From Geosiphon pyriformis uo1 (taxonomy: Eukaryota > Fungi > Glomeromycota), in assembly GCA_016748015.1 (NCBI GenBank), contig JAAOMT010000436.1, forward strand, positions 631,522 through 695,521: a stretch of DNA of 64,000 nucleotides. The letters are read 5' to 3'. The position numbers were made by a program, and so were the translations under genes. Under the pieces are notes generated by a model, which was not told where the DNA came from, ran no database searches, and saw only the letters and a program-made list of their open reading frames with translations. This document shows positions 25,498-39,795 of this stretch, one piece after another; within the stretch, counting starts at the first letter, position 1, and every line of letters begins with the position of its first letter.

Positions 25498-26552
25498 GCA
25501 GTTTTTTTAAGTATCATTACCAAACTTATCTTAAATACTAAATTTTAATTAACAATAATATTTATTATTTAATAATTGTAATAACAATTACAAGTTTTTA
25601 ATAAATAAAATATTATAATGATTTTTTTGCTTTTTAATTTTGTAAATTTTATGTTCACAATCAAAGCAAAAAAACAAACAACCACTATTTTGCTATTACA
25701 CTTAAAAAACAAGAAAGTTTTCTTAGTAATAAAAACAGTTAAATAAACTATTTTAAAAGCATTTTTTTTATTGCATACCCGATGTAATCCAACCACCAAC
25801 TATTTTCGTACAACGCAATTATCGTACATTAGATGTGGATCGCGCAGCAACTAAAAATTTTTTTTAATTAAAGTTTTTCTTAAATAACACACCAAAACAA
25901 TTTTTAGTGTTGTTATAATTACTACCAAAAATCTTAAATAAAATTACTATTTACTTTAATTATTATAATTAATTAAAAATTAGAAATTAAAATAAATTAA
26001 TATAAGTTTACATAAAATAATTATTTTGTTGTTATATATCTAATTACTTTTACTAAATTTAAAATTTATTACCAAAAAATAATTACAATTATATACTTAT
26101 AATAATTTTTAATTTTAGAAAAACAATATTTCACTTTATAATTATATTTTATAATTAGATAATAAATCCTATTTTACAATACTTTTTATTTATTAAATTT
26201 AAATTACTTTTAAAATTCAATTAATTATTATTTTTTGTATTTAAGTTTTAAAATTTAAAACTTAATAATTTTAAACAAATTATTTTTAATTATGATTCGT
26301 AAATTTATGTGCGAGATAATCAAATTCGAAATTTAACAAATCGTTGGGTGCTATTTTCCATGGCTTTCAATGATAATTAAAGGACAATAATCAACTATGA
26401 TAGAAGTTAATTACAAATCGTTCAGATCTATCGTTTTTCAACACATGAGGTCTTTTTCCTGGCAAAAATAATAAATTTGAGCCAGCAAACTCACGAACAA
26501 GTCTAATACGAGCCATAATACTTTACTGATCTTTATCCTATTATAATAACTT

Positions 26553-29237
26553 TTATTCATTCTCTACGAGCACTTTGGTAATCTTTCCAATAGCAATCGT
26601 TTTCCCTGGTTATTTTTTTAAAATAAATAAGCTGTGTGTTCCAAGGTTCATTAACTTGATAAAATATATTATCAGGAAATTCACCTTCATCTCGAAGTGT
26701 AAATCTTCCAAGCTGGGGAAAATCGTCAAAAGCTTCGACGCAAATAGGAGCTGACGCCTCTAGTCGAGCAATCACCTTTTGCCCTTTTTTAACGTATTGT
26801 GGAGGACGCTTTGATTTTTTCCCAGTTTTCTTGTCTAGCAAATGTAAAAGCGCCTTTGGATGGATTTGAGGAAAATATCAATTATTTCAATAGGCTGAAC
26901 TTTTTCCGTCAATCGTGAAATATCCTTACCGTTACAGATACTTCTTCAACGCATGAATGGGCATGTAATACTGCACTGTATCCTGCACAAATAATATTTT
27001 TATGTTCAAGAATGGCAAGCTGTGACTCGAATGCGATAGCTGTCTTGACTGGCCTTCGAGGAGAACAAACAACAAAACCAGTTGAGATGTCCTTTGTAAA
27101 AAAAAATTTAGCAAAATTGGTCGAGATTAACAGGATCCGTAAATTCTAATGCTGTAATGCACTATTTAGAAATGGCTAATTGATCTTTTTGTAGATTAGA
27201 AAGTCCGCGAAGCATAGACACAAGATTGAAAAGTACCTCTTCTTCAATCCCACGAAGACGTAATCGAATATTATCGCCACAAATTCCAACATTAATCTCT
27301 TCTTCGACTTCATTATAAATCGCGGAGACTTCGACATTACGCTATAAAAAGGCGTGAGAAAATGTCCAGTTGCGAAATGTGAAAATTCATTCTTCGAGGA
27401 AGCTTACTCGATTTGGCATAATCAGCAGAGATTCCCCTTTTTTGAGCTTCCCCGACTCTATTTTGCCGACAACGACCGTCCCCATATCCTATAAAAATTG
27501 ACATAGGTTCATGAAAAGCGGAAGTTGTCAACTAAGAGATAAAAAACGATTATAATTGCCTTGTATTTTTCTGTGATCGGTATCATTAGAGGGGCGTTGA
27601 TCTTTCGATCAATTGCTTGCATGTTATCCAAATATTCCAGTAAAGAAGGTCCACTGTATAATATCAATATATCTTTGGTTAATTGAAAAGGATGTGATTT
27701 TGGCTTAATGAATTCGACAATAGCTTCAATGATGAGGTGTTTTTGCCTAAGTTTGGATAAAAAGGTAAATGCGTTGCAGAGATTCTTCCTACCTGTACCA
27801 AGGGCATAAGTCCTTTGTTACACGATCCCTAAGATTAGCTCCAGTGAAGCCGGATACCGGCATAAATTGTAGATCTACAAAATTGATTCATATCAGAGAA
27901 CAAATAATATCAAAAATTAAACAATTTTTATATATGTATTATCTTTTGAAACCTGTGGACGGATTATATCCACTTCCCTTGAGAAAAGGGGTAAGCTTGA
28001 CGACACACTCGTCATACCTATTAATTATTGAGAAAATATTTAGATCTATTTTAAATCAAATTAAAAATGCTGATAATACCTAGTCTTTGACCAATCAACT
28101 GTTGGATCATCCATTTTATTAATTACCACTATGAGTTTATTCACGCGAAAAGTTTTCGCCAAAAGTGCATGCTCACGAGTTTGGCCACCTCGTTCAAAAC
28201 CAGTTTCAAATTCGCCTTTTCTTGCGGAAATCACCTTATATTTTCAAAGGATTCGAGATTTAAAACAATAAACAAGGAGTTACCTTAATGTTCTTAAAAA
28301 AGGCAATCACCTTACCAAGACTCCCACGTCTGCTTGGGAAACCCCATTTATCATGCTTGGTACATAATTTTTATGACCTGGTGCATCCAGGATAGTATAA
28401 CGCCGTTTTTCCGTTTCAAAATAGGCACGACCACATTCAACTGTTTTTCCCTGTAAATCAATCATTAGTACTATGTCCAAAGTTCCAAAGAACCACAATA
28501 GAAATATCACCTTGGCACGCTCTTCTTTGTTGGTGTCAAGAGCCCATGATAAGTACCAGGACTCTCGTCCCTGCTCTTTGGCATCTCTTTCATATTTTTC
28601 CATAGTCCTTTGATCCACCATTCCGGTTAAGTATCTTTAAGGTCGAGATGGATTCAAAATTAAGAGATTAGCATAGAAAAGATAGACTGAATGGCAGCAA
28701 AAATCAATACTAACAATATATTACCGCCCATGGTGGATTTGCCAGCGTCTGGTAGAGTAATATTAAATCTTTTTCTGAGTTTCAAAGCATCGCATAACAT
28801 GGCACAAGGCAACTTTACGCACCAACGTGTCCAATAAAGACCAAGTTTAAATGTTCCTTTCCGTAAAGTTCTTGAATAAGTTCTGTGTCAACTGTTTCTT
28901 CTTGCTCCTCGGGTACTGGTTCTGCAGAGGTGTGTGCTAGTGATGCTAATGTGGTTGTTTTCTTTTCAGTTTCCTTTTTTCCTAAGGTCACAGAAGGAGC
29001 CAGCGGCTTTTCCAACTCATCCTCTAACTCGTTTTTGACCACTACGGTAGGAGTTGTGACGGAAGGAGGCAACCAAGTTGGGACAAATTCCTTGGCAAAC
29101 ACATTCGGCTTAAATTCAGCGGCGTTGGCGTTCAGAGATATTCTTGAAATATTTTGAGATAAAATATTATCTCCCGTCTCCTCTGCTTCCTCCCAAGTGT
29201 CCCTGGTTGCATTACCATTAACGCCGTCTTGACTCAT
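26553..29237 (-). CDS. SUP35: Eukaryotic release factor 3 GTPase (eRF3), 13 exons
   Basis: [47 protein letters not shown]-terminal [19 protein letters not shown]; 12 frame-consistent introns. Confidence 0.95.
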
Positions 29238-29868
29238 TGTTTTTTATATAAAGGAAAGTTGAAAAAGTAATTTAAATTATAAAAATTAATGGTAATTGGT
29301 TATATTCCAAATAAAAAGATTTCAGTCACACATTTATTATTAGCGATTTTTAATAAATTATAACCTTTATTTTTTGGTCGTAATATATTATAATATTATT
29401 TAAAACAAAAAACTGCAGTTAATTATAACACGGAATTTTCATTATTGAAATTTAATTTATTACTAGTATTTTTTATAAAGGTCTTTTTAAATCATTTTTT
29501 ATATAAACAAATTATACTATTATTTATTATATCTAGCTTATTTATTAATATTTATAAGTTATATTAACATATTTTTTCATATATTTAATTATTATACCAA
29601 AAAAATATTATTAACAATTGATAAATTTTATATTTACAACCAAAAAAAAAAGTAAACCACTATTTTTGCTATTATAATTAAATAAAAGTTAAAAGCAATT
29701 TTTTTTTGGCATTTTTTAATTATAATAATATATTTATTAAAATAAATACAAATTCTTAGTTTAATATGTTTATTTTTTATTTTATTGTAAAAAATTAAGT
29801 TAGAGGGAGATTATTTTGATTTTAACATTCCTGTGTTCACTTACTCATTTACCCTTCTGCCTGATAAA

Positions 29869-31936
29869 ATGTTTGTTCCCCGTGTGTTAAAAAGGCCTGA
29901 AAGCTCTGTTAAGAGCTCCAGACAAACTAAAAAAATAAAAACTTTCAAGATCAAAGAAGTTGTGGAAGAGGAAATGGTGCCCGCTGACAAGCTAGTCCCT
30001 CAAGTCAAGAGCTTAAATTCAGAACTCCGAAGCGAAATTCAAAGTGAAACCGATCTTAAAAAAACTGGAGAGAAAGAAAGAAATGGCAATCTTGAGCTAA
30101 AAAAACAGGAAGAAAGGAAGCCTCTTGTTAATGAGGTGGAAGATGAGAAAGTGAAAGAGTTTTCTTCACAACAACGTGCTCCTATAGAAGGGGAACCAAT
30201 TTGCGTGGTATGGTATGGGATTATATAGTGAATCATCCTTACTTTTTTACTCCTTAGCATTAAAATTTGTAATTAATTTTCAGTGGTCGATATGGAGAAT
30301 ACATATGCGACCAAACGGATCATGATGTTTGCAGTTTAGAGTGCAAGAAAATAGATATTAAGGAAACAAAAACGGATTTGGACGCTATGGATAACTTGCA
30401 TTTTATTAAGGAACCCGTTATACAATCATCCCATCAAATTTCTTCTATTTATAAGTCGATCCGTGTTCCTTTTCACAGTGCTAACGAACTTTTTCACGCT
30501 AAACTCACTGGATATGTTTCACATCCGGAATTAATCTCTTGGACCGATTATAAGTTGAAATCGATTCTCGCCAAGAATCTTATTGTTGTCAAAGGAAATA
30601 ATATTCCGCATCCTGTTACAAACTTTTCCCATTGTAGCCTGCCTGAAAATATCTATCAAAACTTGCAACGACATGGATACCTGGAACCGACCCCAATACA
30701 AATGCAAGCGATACCTGCTGGTTTAGCTGGACGTGACATATTAGCAAGCGCAGAAACAGGATCAGGAAAAACGTTAAGTTTTTTGATCCCAGTCGTGACC
30801 CATGCATTTTCCTTGTCACAATATTACGAGAGAGGAAAAAATGGGCCCTATGCATTGATATTGGCCCCTACTAGAGAATTATGCGCACAACTTGAGCAAC
30901 AGGCCAAATTATTGATTATTGGATTGCCAAACATGAAAACAGGACTATTAGTGGGTGGCCTACCTTTACCCAACCAAATCCATCGATTGTCACAGGGAGT
31001 TCAGATTGCTTTCGCAACCCCGGGCCGATTTCTTGAGATCCTGAAGCGGGAAAAAGAAGAAGTTCTAATGGGAAACATTCATATGGTCGTTTTAGATGAA
31101 GTCGACATGATGTTCAAGATGGGTTTCGAGGTGCAGGTCATGGAAATTTTGAAAAAATTGCCCCTACCTATTACGACAACTCATCGTCAAACGCTGATGT
31201 TTTCTGCTACTATACCACAAGATATTCAAGCATTGACCATTAAAATTCTCCGAGATCCTTTGAATATTCGCATTGGAAATGGATCATTACCACTAAACAG
31301 TCAAACGAGTTCAATCACTTTGAATTCAACGCCGAATTTCTCAGTAAAGCAGACGATCCTTTGGGTGGAGAACAAATCAAAAAAAAAACAGTTGTTTTCG
31401 TTATTAAACGACCCTAAATATTATCATCCTCCGATAGTGGTGTTTGTGGAATCGAGACTAGGGGCTGATTTACTAGCACAAGCTATTGAAAAAAAGTGTG
31501 GGAAAGCAGTCTTGAGTATTCATGGGGACAAAACGCAACAGGAAAGAATAGAGATTTTAAATGCTTTTCTCCAAGGCACTTACGAGGTGATTGTTTCCAC
31601 TGGCGTTTTGAGTCGCGGTTTGAACCTTACAAATGTAAATATGGTGATATTGTTTGATATGGCTATGTCGGTAGACGAGTATGTGCATCAAGTGGGTCGT
31701 GCTGCCAAATGGGGAAATCAGGGTTGGGCTATAACCTTCATCAATGAGGTATGATACTTGCGTTTTGTATGTTGATTTGTCAAACTTTTCATAACAATGT
31801 AAACTGTTTTAATCAGGAACATAAAGCTTTATTCAAAGAATTTGTTACAATGTTGAAAAGTCAACCTCTCGGCAAGGTTACCCCGCTACCTTCTCGATTG
31901 CTTAATCATGGATATACTATATATGGAAAGAGATAG
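29869..31936 (+). CDS. DDX59: zf-HIT plus DEAD-box RNA helicase DDX59 (ZNHIT5) orthologue; exons 29869-30212, 30284-31748, 31817-31936
   Basis: N-terminal MFVPR; zf-HIT [75 protein letters not shown]. Confidence 0.9.
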
Positions 31937-32121
31937 TAATCCAATGAACTAAAATTTTCCGCTGCTAAATCTTTAATTGCGTTCGAGTACAAATAAAACG
32001 GTAATCTTGTCTAAATCGTAATTCTTAATAAATATGTAAAAGTTCTTTATTTTCTAGTTTTACTCCTATTAGGATGTCAGATTATCGGGGGGAATTATGG
32101 AGCTGAATTCAATTGAGAAAA

Positions 32122-35100
32122 TTATTTTGGCTTCTTGAAACACAAGAATTGCAAACTAGTACTTTTTCGACTTTCAATTAGTAATTTTTTGACACTACTC
32201 AATTCGGATTTCAAATTTCCAGAACCTTGAGAAGGATCGTAGGATTGTTCGATGGTGGTGTATATTGCTTGAAGAATCTCTTGCGCTTTAGGAGTCACAT
32301 ATTGTGAAAGAGTTTGATGCATAAACTCAATTTCCAGGGTAGCCTTAGAACGATTGTAAGAATGAGAAAATTAACCGATTGGAAAGGAATGCCTAATATT
32401 CATTCATCAATTAATTTACCTGGAGCATGCCACCCATTCCAAATTTGGTGACTTTACGAAAGGTCTCCAAACAATGTTGCGCCATATTCTCAAGCAAACA
32501 TGACAGAGTACGATTAACCAGATCTTTGGCAATATCTCCCACTTCCGCGTGCACCAACACAAGTGATAATAAGGCTTCGTATACGAATGAATGTACTTCT
32601 ACAAAAAAAGCTCAATTTAATATTGGTATCAGAAAATTGTGATGTTCAGAAATTATATTTACCAGTAGGCTTGGAAATATTATACCAATCTATGCCACCA
32701 TCTAAAATTCCTTTTTCGACAATATCCCGGACAATGGTGGTCTTTCGTTTGATATAATCGTCAAACAAAATACCATCTAATTGATCAACTATACCGTTAA
32801 GCGTCTAAAATATTAGAACAAATGAAGCGAATTATTCAAAAATTTTAAACACGAAATTTTCTTAATTCCTTCCAACGAAATGAGTGCTTATCCAAAAAGA
32901 ATTGATAATTACATTAGTATCCTCGGATAAACTGCATCGAAGGGCATTTTCAAATTGTGTTACAATTCGGGGAATCAGGAGTTGTTTTAAATTAGCCAAA
33001 TTACTTATGGTCAGTAAAATCCTAGAATCCTGGCGTTTCAATAATATTACGTTTGGAGATTAGACATCAACGCTATAACGATATTGATCATTTGTAATTT
33101 ACCATTTTAGTGGGATCAATTTTCGACCTGTAAATGAATTCGAAAGACTCGCGATCAATCGGTTCCAAAGGAGAATACTCGGAGAAGGCAAGGTGAACCA
33201 GTCCATCCAAATATGCATATAAAGAATCAAGGAAAGCACCTTTAATTTTATACAAATATTCATCGGAAATGCTGGCAGCAGTCTATTAATCATTGGAATA
33301 TACAGTTATTTGTTGATCATTATGTCTTCCAAAACTTATACCAAGTGACCTTACTTTCCTCATTGTCCGATACAATCCCAAGACTTGCAATTTTAGACGC
33401 GCATCTGGAATTATATTTATGGAAGGTATGAAAATTTCTCAAAAAAGTTGTGATTTCGCGATTATCCGGATCCAGATTCCAATCTTCAAGTAAATAGAAA
33501 GTTTTTGCATCTAATAGGCAATCATAAGTAAGGGTGAATTGGGTTAATTAAATTGGGGCAGGTAGCCCTACGGGAATTTTTAGTGCGCAAAAGACAAATC
33601 AACGTGCTTGCCTGAATTCCATGTACTACAAATTATTTCTACAAAACCCCATCTGGTTTCATCTATCAGAGTAGAAAGTGCACCCGATGCTTCAGGTGCC
33701 ATATTAATCGATTTAATATCATTGACACAATCACTCATCTCCATTACTATCCTTGTTAAAAAGTAACAAGTAGTAACTGAATCGGAATGTGTTGGTAGGA
33801 ATGAAGGTGTTTGTGGAGGAGCTCCAACCACGTTATTCAATGAAGCTTCCGGAGGCGCTAATCTGAAAAAATCCGACAATAAAGACGCGTAAAGATCAAT
33901 CACACCCTTGGCCATATTTTGACACTGTTCAACTTTTCGAAGATCCATTGCTTGACGCCTTCGCCTGTTGGTACTTAGTACGTTTGGGCTCTAAAAAACA
34001 TAGTTTGTTAATAAAAAGAATACAGAAAAAAGTCGAGTTGGACCACCTTTTGGAATTTTCCTTCGATAAACGATTTGCTAAGTTTCCAAAAGTCGGGGAG
34101 ACATCGCAGAAGCAAATCAGACAAAGATTTGACAATATTCAAGGTAGCCTTCCAAATTTGTACATCCATATCTTTGCTAGCTAAATTTAAATAAAAAAAT
34201 AAGCTTTATATAAATTTTAAGTCACCAGTCTGAAAGCACTTACATGTTAATGAATCAAAATCCTTAGAATTTACAATTTTGATTGCACGTTTTAAGTGTA
34301 AAGCAGCTTCTTTAAGTTCTATTGTTCCTTCCAAAGATTGTTTGAGAGCTTATAATTTATAAAGTAAAATATTTTTAAGCTTAGAATGGTGAAAACATAT
34401 AGGTAGATGATCGGGAAACTCACCTTCAATCTTATCAAGTTGCTCTTTGTATGATTCTTTAAGAAGATCAATAATATACTTAAATTGACTATCGAGATAA
34501 TGCCAAACTGGATCCTCAACAGTTTCTAATTCTAAAAGAATACTGATATATGGTGTAAATAAATGATAAATTCAGCCAAAACCATTTAAAGTCTTCAATT
34601 TACTTTATGGTTTTTTCCTGTTCCTCCATTGATCTCCACGGCTCTGTAAGTTGTTTAAAAAGCTGCTCTCTCATTTCTACCATAATCTTTTCTACTTCTG
34701 CCCATACTTTGTCAAATACTTTACGATATTGCGCAGCGAGTGCGCTATCATCTCCCTCCCTCTCTAAAGATGAACTAGCTGGTATAGCAATATTATCTGA
34801 AGTCTCTGAGGCAAGCGTAGATTCTACAACGACTTTTCCTTTTTTATAATCTCTTATTACCACATCATATTTTTGCTAGAAAGAAAAGTTATAAGGTTAG
34901 CAATACAATAAATACAGCATAGCCATATTTATCAATTACCTGCTTTAAAGACTCCATCAAGCTACTCGGCAAACTGAAGAAAAATTTAAATTTTTCTAAA
35001 ACGCTCAAAGTACTGCGTATTTTTTCTGCTTTCATTCTGTTTACTAAAACGGGCCCAAAGACTTGTTCTGCCTTAGCTGCCGCCTCTAGTAGATGTTAAA

Positions 35101-35980
35101 CCTATTAATTTACAACTGCTTCAAAACTTTTTAATCAAACATGGCGAGACATACCTGTTAACGCAGTATCAAGTCCACGAACACCATATTCATTCTCCTC
35201 ATTCAAACCTTTTACCTTCATTTCGTTATATACCGTATCTATGGTGTTTTTAGCACTCACAAAGCGATCGAAATTATCTTGAACTAAATTTTTCAATGCC
35301 TCCGATTTCTGATCAAGAGTAGATCTTAATCTATCCGCTCCATTAAGCATATCATTAAAGGAAGTATCGTGGTGTACTTTGCGAAGAAAAAGCTTTGGAT
35401 TGAAAGTCTTAGTGCCCACAAGAAACTGAGTTCCTGCGTTCAAGTAAAGCTATATAATCAAAAAAATCAATACTCGAGACGAAAAAGTCAATTCTTTGAC
35501 ACAATTTACTTGCTTTCTATGAGGCTTTCATAGGTGTCTAACGCGTTGTGCTTTGCGTAATCGCTGTTTAAATTAAAAAACATATTTGCCACTTTGAGTG
35601 GTTAGTCCCTCTCGTTCTCAAAAGTCAAAGAATTTCAAGAAAAAACTCAAATACATACGCAAATACGCTTTTTTTAAGCCCAAGTGGATCCGTGTCGTCT
35701 AAACTCCAACGTTCGTCTCCACGAGCACTGTCTACTGAAGTACCATTGTTTTGGTTGGGAGCGTTTTCATACTGAGAAAACCTCCCAGATTTACGATTTT
35801 CAGGCTCTTCCACCCACTCGTTTGGGTCGATTACATCAAGCTGATAGTGTTTTAATACTGATAAATTGAAGTCAGAATTGATATTTTTCCGAGGAAGAAC
35901 GTGATTTCTCAATAGATAAAAGAACACTGACCTGCAGCTTCCTCAGAGAGCTGTTGCTCCAGAGCTATTTGCCTATACAT
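32122..35980 (-). CDS. SEC5: Exocyst complex component Sec5 (EXOC2), ~16 exons
   Basis: DPLG, FNPKLFLRKVH, LKNLVQDNFDRFVSAKNTID, FFFSLPSSL, YLLEDW, DSRILLTISNL, GGMLQATLEIEF, TSLQFLCF; start codon inferred. Confidence 0.9.
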
Positions 35981-37189
35981 AACAGTTAAGTTTTCAAAGC
36001 TGATAGCCTGCTTTTTGTATATTCCTCGGTTAGAAGAGAGGTCTGAATTCCATGTTCGATTACCGTTCCGGGTTTAGTTATTTATTAATTGCATAAAAAT
36101 CATTATAGACTAAACAAACTCAATTAATTAAAACAATTTTTACGTTTGAAATTTCAAAGAAATTATTTTAGTATTAACAGTAATATAAGAAAAAAAACCA
36201 AAAATACATAGTTTTGACATATAATATTAAATCAACAAACTGGTTTAAAATAATTTAAAAGCGATAAAAAGCTTTAAAAATAATATAAATAAACTAAAAA
36301 TAATTAGTAATAATCTATGCTTTAATATTTTATTAATAGTACTGATATTTAGAAGTTTTTACTAAATACAACTTTTTTACAAAGTATTAATTTTAACAAT
36401 AGTATTATTAAAAGTTTTTTTTAATCTAAATAATAATTAAAATTAAAGGATTAAAAAATAAAAAAACCAAATTACTGATTTTAAAAGCAGTACAACCAAT
36501 TACTTTGGCTATAAATATATCATAAAAACAATACTTTTTTTAATTAAAAAAAAATTAAATAAAAGTAGTAGTAAAAGTTTTAAAAAACTTAAATTAAATA
36601 ATAACATATTGTTTTTTATTATTATTAATTAGTAAGTAAGATTTATCTATTATCTAATATAATACAACAGTTAAATATTCTAAACCAAACATAAATTATG
36701 TGTTTTTTACATAATAACAGCCATTTGGATTAATTAAAACAACATAATAAATCTATTTTACAATAATATTATTATTATTTATATTAGAGTAAAATAAACA
36801 TAATAAATGTATTTTAAATAATACACCAAATATTTTACAAATATTAAGCATATATACAATATTATTTAATAGTAAAAAAGACAAATTACAAATTATAAAA
36901 AACACAAAACTATTATTTAATAAGATATTATGTTTTTTTTTATAATTGCTTTATAATTAAATTCAATTAATTAAACATTTGTCTAATAATTAACTATAAT
37001 ATTATATACAAACTTAATTAGTTTAAAAATAGCAGTTTTATTTTTATTGTTATTAATAAAAATTTGAATTATTAATTATCATAAAATTACTTATAATTTT
37101 TATTATTAATTATTATATATTATTATTTAATTTTTTATTTATTATTATTATTGTTTTTTATTTAATAAATACAGCAATAAAAATAATAA

Positions 37190-38814
37190 TAATAATAAAT
37201 CTTTCTCTTATCAATCTCTTGACCATAACAAAAACAAAAAATTATCAAAAAAATATTTTTTTTTTCTTTTGTTTTTCTTTAGTTATTTTTTTTAACACAC
37301 TTCTTTTTGTTGTAATAGAATTAATAAGCTCTTTTGTTAATAATTCTGGTTCAAATTTGGCTGGTTTAAGAATTTACCCAAGCATTAAGAAAAAATATGT
37401 GAAAAGTATGTATTTCTGCAATGTATTTTACAAAAAACCAAAAAAATTTAATATGAATATTGGTATAGTTAACTTGTTTGCTAGTCTTTTAAAACTTAAA
37501 GATATTTGTGTTTCTAATAGAAAGCCAGTAATATTCTAGAGAAGTAAAGTTAACAGCAAAACTAGTAATATCAATAGTTTATTAAGTATAGAAAATATAA
37601 AAAATATAGTTGTTAAGGAAACCAGTTATGTAAATTTAATTAATTTAATAGTTGACAAAAATATGAATAATATTATATCATAAAAAACTTACACTTAAAT
37701 ATACATATTGAATCACCTACCAAAAGCTTCTTTATTTGTAAATTTGAGTAATAATAAAAATGTTTTAATGTTTTTATTACCTAAATTTAATGGTTTTAAA
37801 CAACTTTTATTGATTAGATTACATGTTTTAAAAAAATAAAGTTTTAATTTAATAAAATTTTTTACATTAAATATTGGGCTTTCTGCTGTATCTAACAAAA
37901 CTTTTGATAATAAATTGTTAAATATTAAAAAAATATTTAATTATATTGATAGTTTTAAAAAAGAGATGTTAACTTTCTTAAAGTTTTTTAGAATAATTAA
38001 ATTATCTTTTACATTTGAATTTAGTTTAAAAAAGATTAAAAAAATATTGATCAATGAAAAAATTTTAGTCAATAATAATATTAAGATAGCAAACAAATGT
38101 ACAGATTGAGAAAAAAATTTTTGTTGATTTTTTAAAATCAGCTGTAAAATCAGTTTTCTTCAAATTTGATAAAATTGTGTTAATTAAGATACAATTCATT
38201 AGTCTTTGGCAAAAAGTCTTAATGGAATTTGAGTTTATTGAGATTGCCAATTTGGTAATAATTAAGTAATCTGTTTTTGTAGAAAAAAAATCTGTTGATA
38301 TAGTTTTGGCTATGAACAATAAACCAATATGAGTATTCAGAGATTAATATAAAGTTTTGCTATATATATTACTTATTAAAATAAATGCTTATGACTTTTT
38401 TGATTTATTAATATTTTATGGTAGAAAAATCTTTTTTATTGGCCATAATCCAAGTTTTTATGTATATAACAGATGTGTTGTGATTTGTTTTGCTAATAAA
38501 ACAACCAAAAAGACTGTTATTAGTTCTGTTCTGGTTTTTAAAAATGTGAATTTGTGTTGAATTGGTCTTTATTTGGCTTGTTGTGCTCAATACAATAATT
38601 TGGTTATGTTTTTAATGTGTATTCAATATGTAATAATTTAAGTAATTACAATAAGAAAGTAGTTAGTTTTTAGAACTAAATTTGTTTAATAAATATATAT
38701 ATAAAAAAACAAATACCAATTGCTTATCCAGTTTTTTTTGGTGAGAAAACTTGGATTTAGATTATTGGTAGTTTTTTTTTTCATGTGGTTTTTCTGGTTT
38801 TTTTTAATATCAGT
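37190..38814 (+). mobile_element. Degenerate LINE 5' end and ORF1, cut by the family A 3' LTR
   Basis: Residual ORF1 similarity: DSFKK...FFRIIKLSFTFE (37915-38109), IQFISLWQK, RCVVICF, knuckle remnant near 38580-38620. Confidence 0.7.
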
Positions 38815-39795
38815 TGTTACTGAAGGTTTTTGGTCTCTTTTTAGCTCTTGTATGTTTGTTGTAATGCTGTTAATTCATGATTATGGGAAGTGTTTGAACC
38901 TTCGATAACTGAATTTATCTTCAAATTATCTCCTATAATTTGAACTGCTGGGCTTATAAGTGGAATGACCAATTTTTTGCCAGTTACTTTATGTAATTAC
39001 ATTGTAGTAAACGTTAACTCTTTTCCAGGAATTGCTTGTCTGGAAGCTTACTAAAAATGTGTAGTTACTTTGCTGTGAAAGTCAACTCTTCTACAAGAAT
39101 CTCGTTTATAGGCTACCCTAATGATTGTAATAAGAAAAGAAAATAAAAATAAAAGAAATATAAAAAAAAAATAGAATTTTGTCAAGAAAAACGTTTTCTA
39201 TTTAGGCCTGGAGTCACTAACAGTTTACTGAAATTGGTAGCTAATCAATTTCAAACTGTTTAGTAGGAATTGGTTAATTTCAAAAGGAAAATAATTAAGA
39301 ATTTGATTTTTCGAATTATTTGATATTTATTTTATTTTTGTGTATAAAGGATAATTCTAATTGTTAAATCTGAAGTAAGATATATTTTCTCGAAGAGAGA
39401 AGCTTTTCTTTTATACAACTTGTTATAATACTATTTTATGAACTTAAACTTTGCTCTTTTCTACAATTTTGCTGAACTAAAGATACATTTCAGCAAATTA
39501 CAAGTTATTTCTGCAAACTATTAGATATTTCAGTAAACCATCAATTATTTTGGCAAATTTCTACAAATTTCAGCAAACTTTTGAATATTACATATTTCAG
39601 GGTATTGCATGATTGATCATTGCACTTAGGTTACATTTGTGTTATGTACAAATTGGGTTATTAATTAAATGATAATTTCGGATATTTTGCTAATGTAATA
39701 AGTGATAATTTAAAATAATAATATATACTAATTAATAATAAGAATTATAAGGGTAATTTCATGCTAAACAATATTTCTAATTTTGTCTGGTAACA
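38815..39795 (-). repeat. 3' LTR of family A (~981 bp), preceded by PPT GAGGAGGAAATTA at ~39796-39808
   Basis: TGTTACC...AGTAACA termini; colinear with 5797-6754. Confidence 0.9.

Noticed and set aside
36100-37190. AT-rich segment as a distinct element
   Set aside because: Probably another decayed repeat, but no homology could be established by eye
5797-39795. LTRs at 5797-6754 and 38815-39795 as the two ends of one giant element capturing the gene island
   Set aside because: Polarity is wrong: the first is a 5' LTR with its body to the left and the second is a 3' LTR with its body to the right, so they belong to different copies
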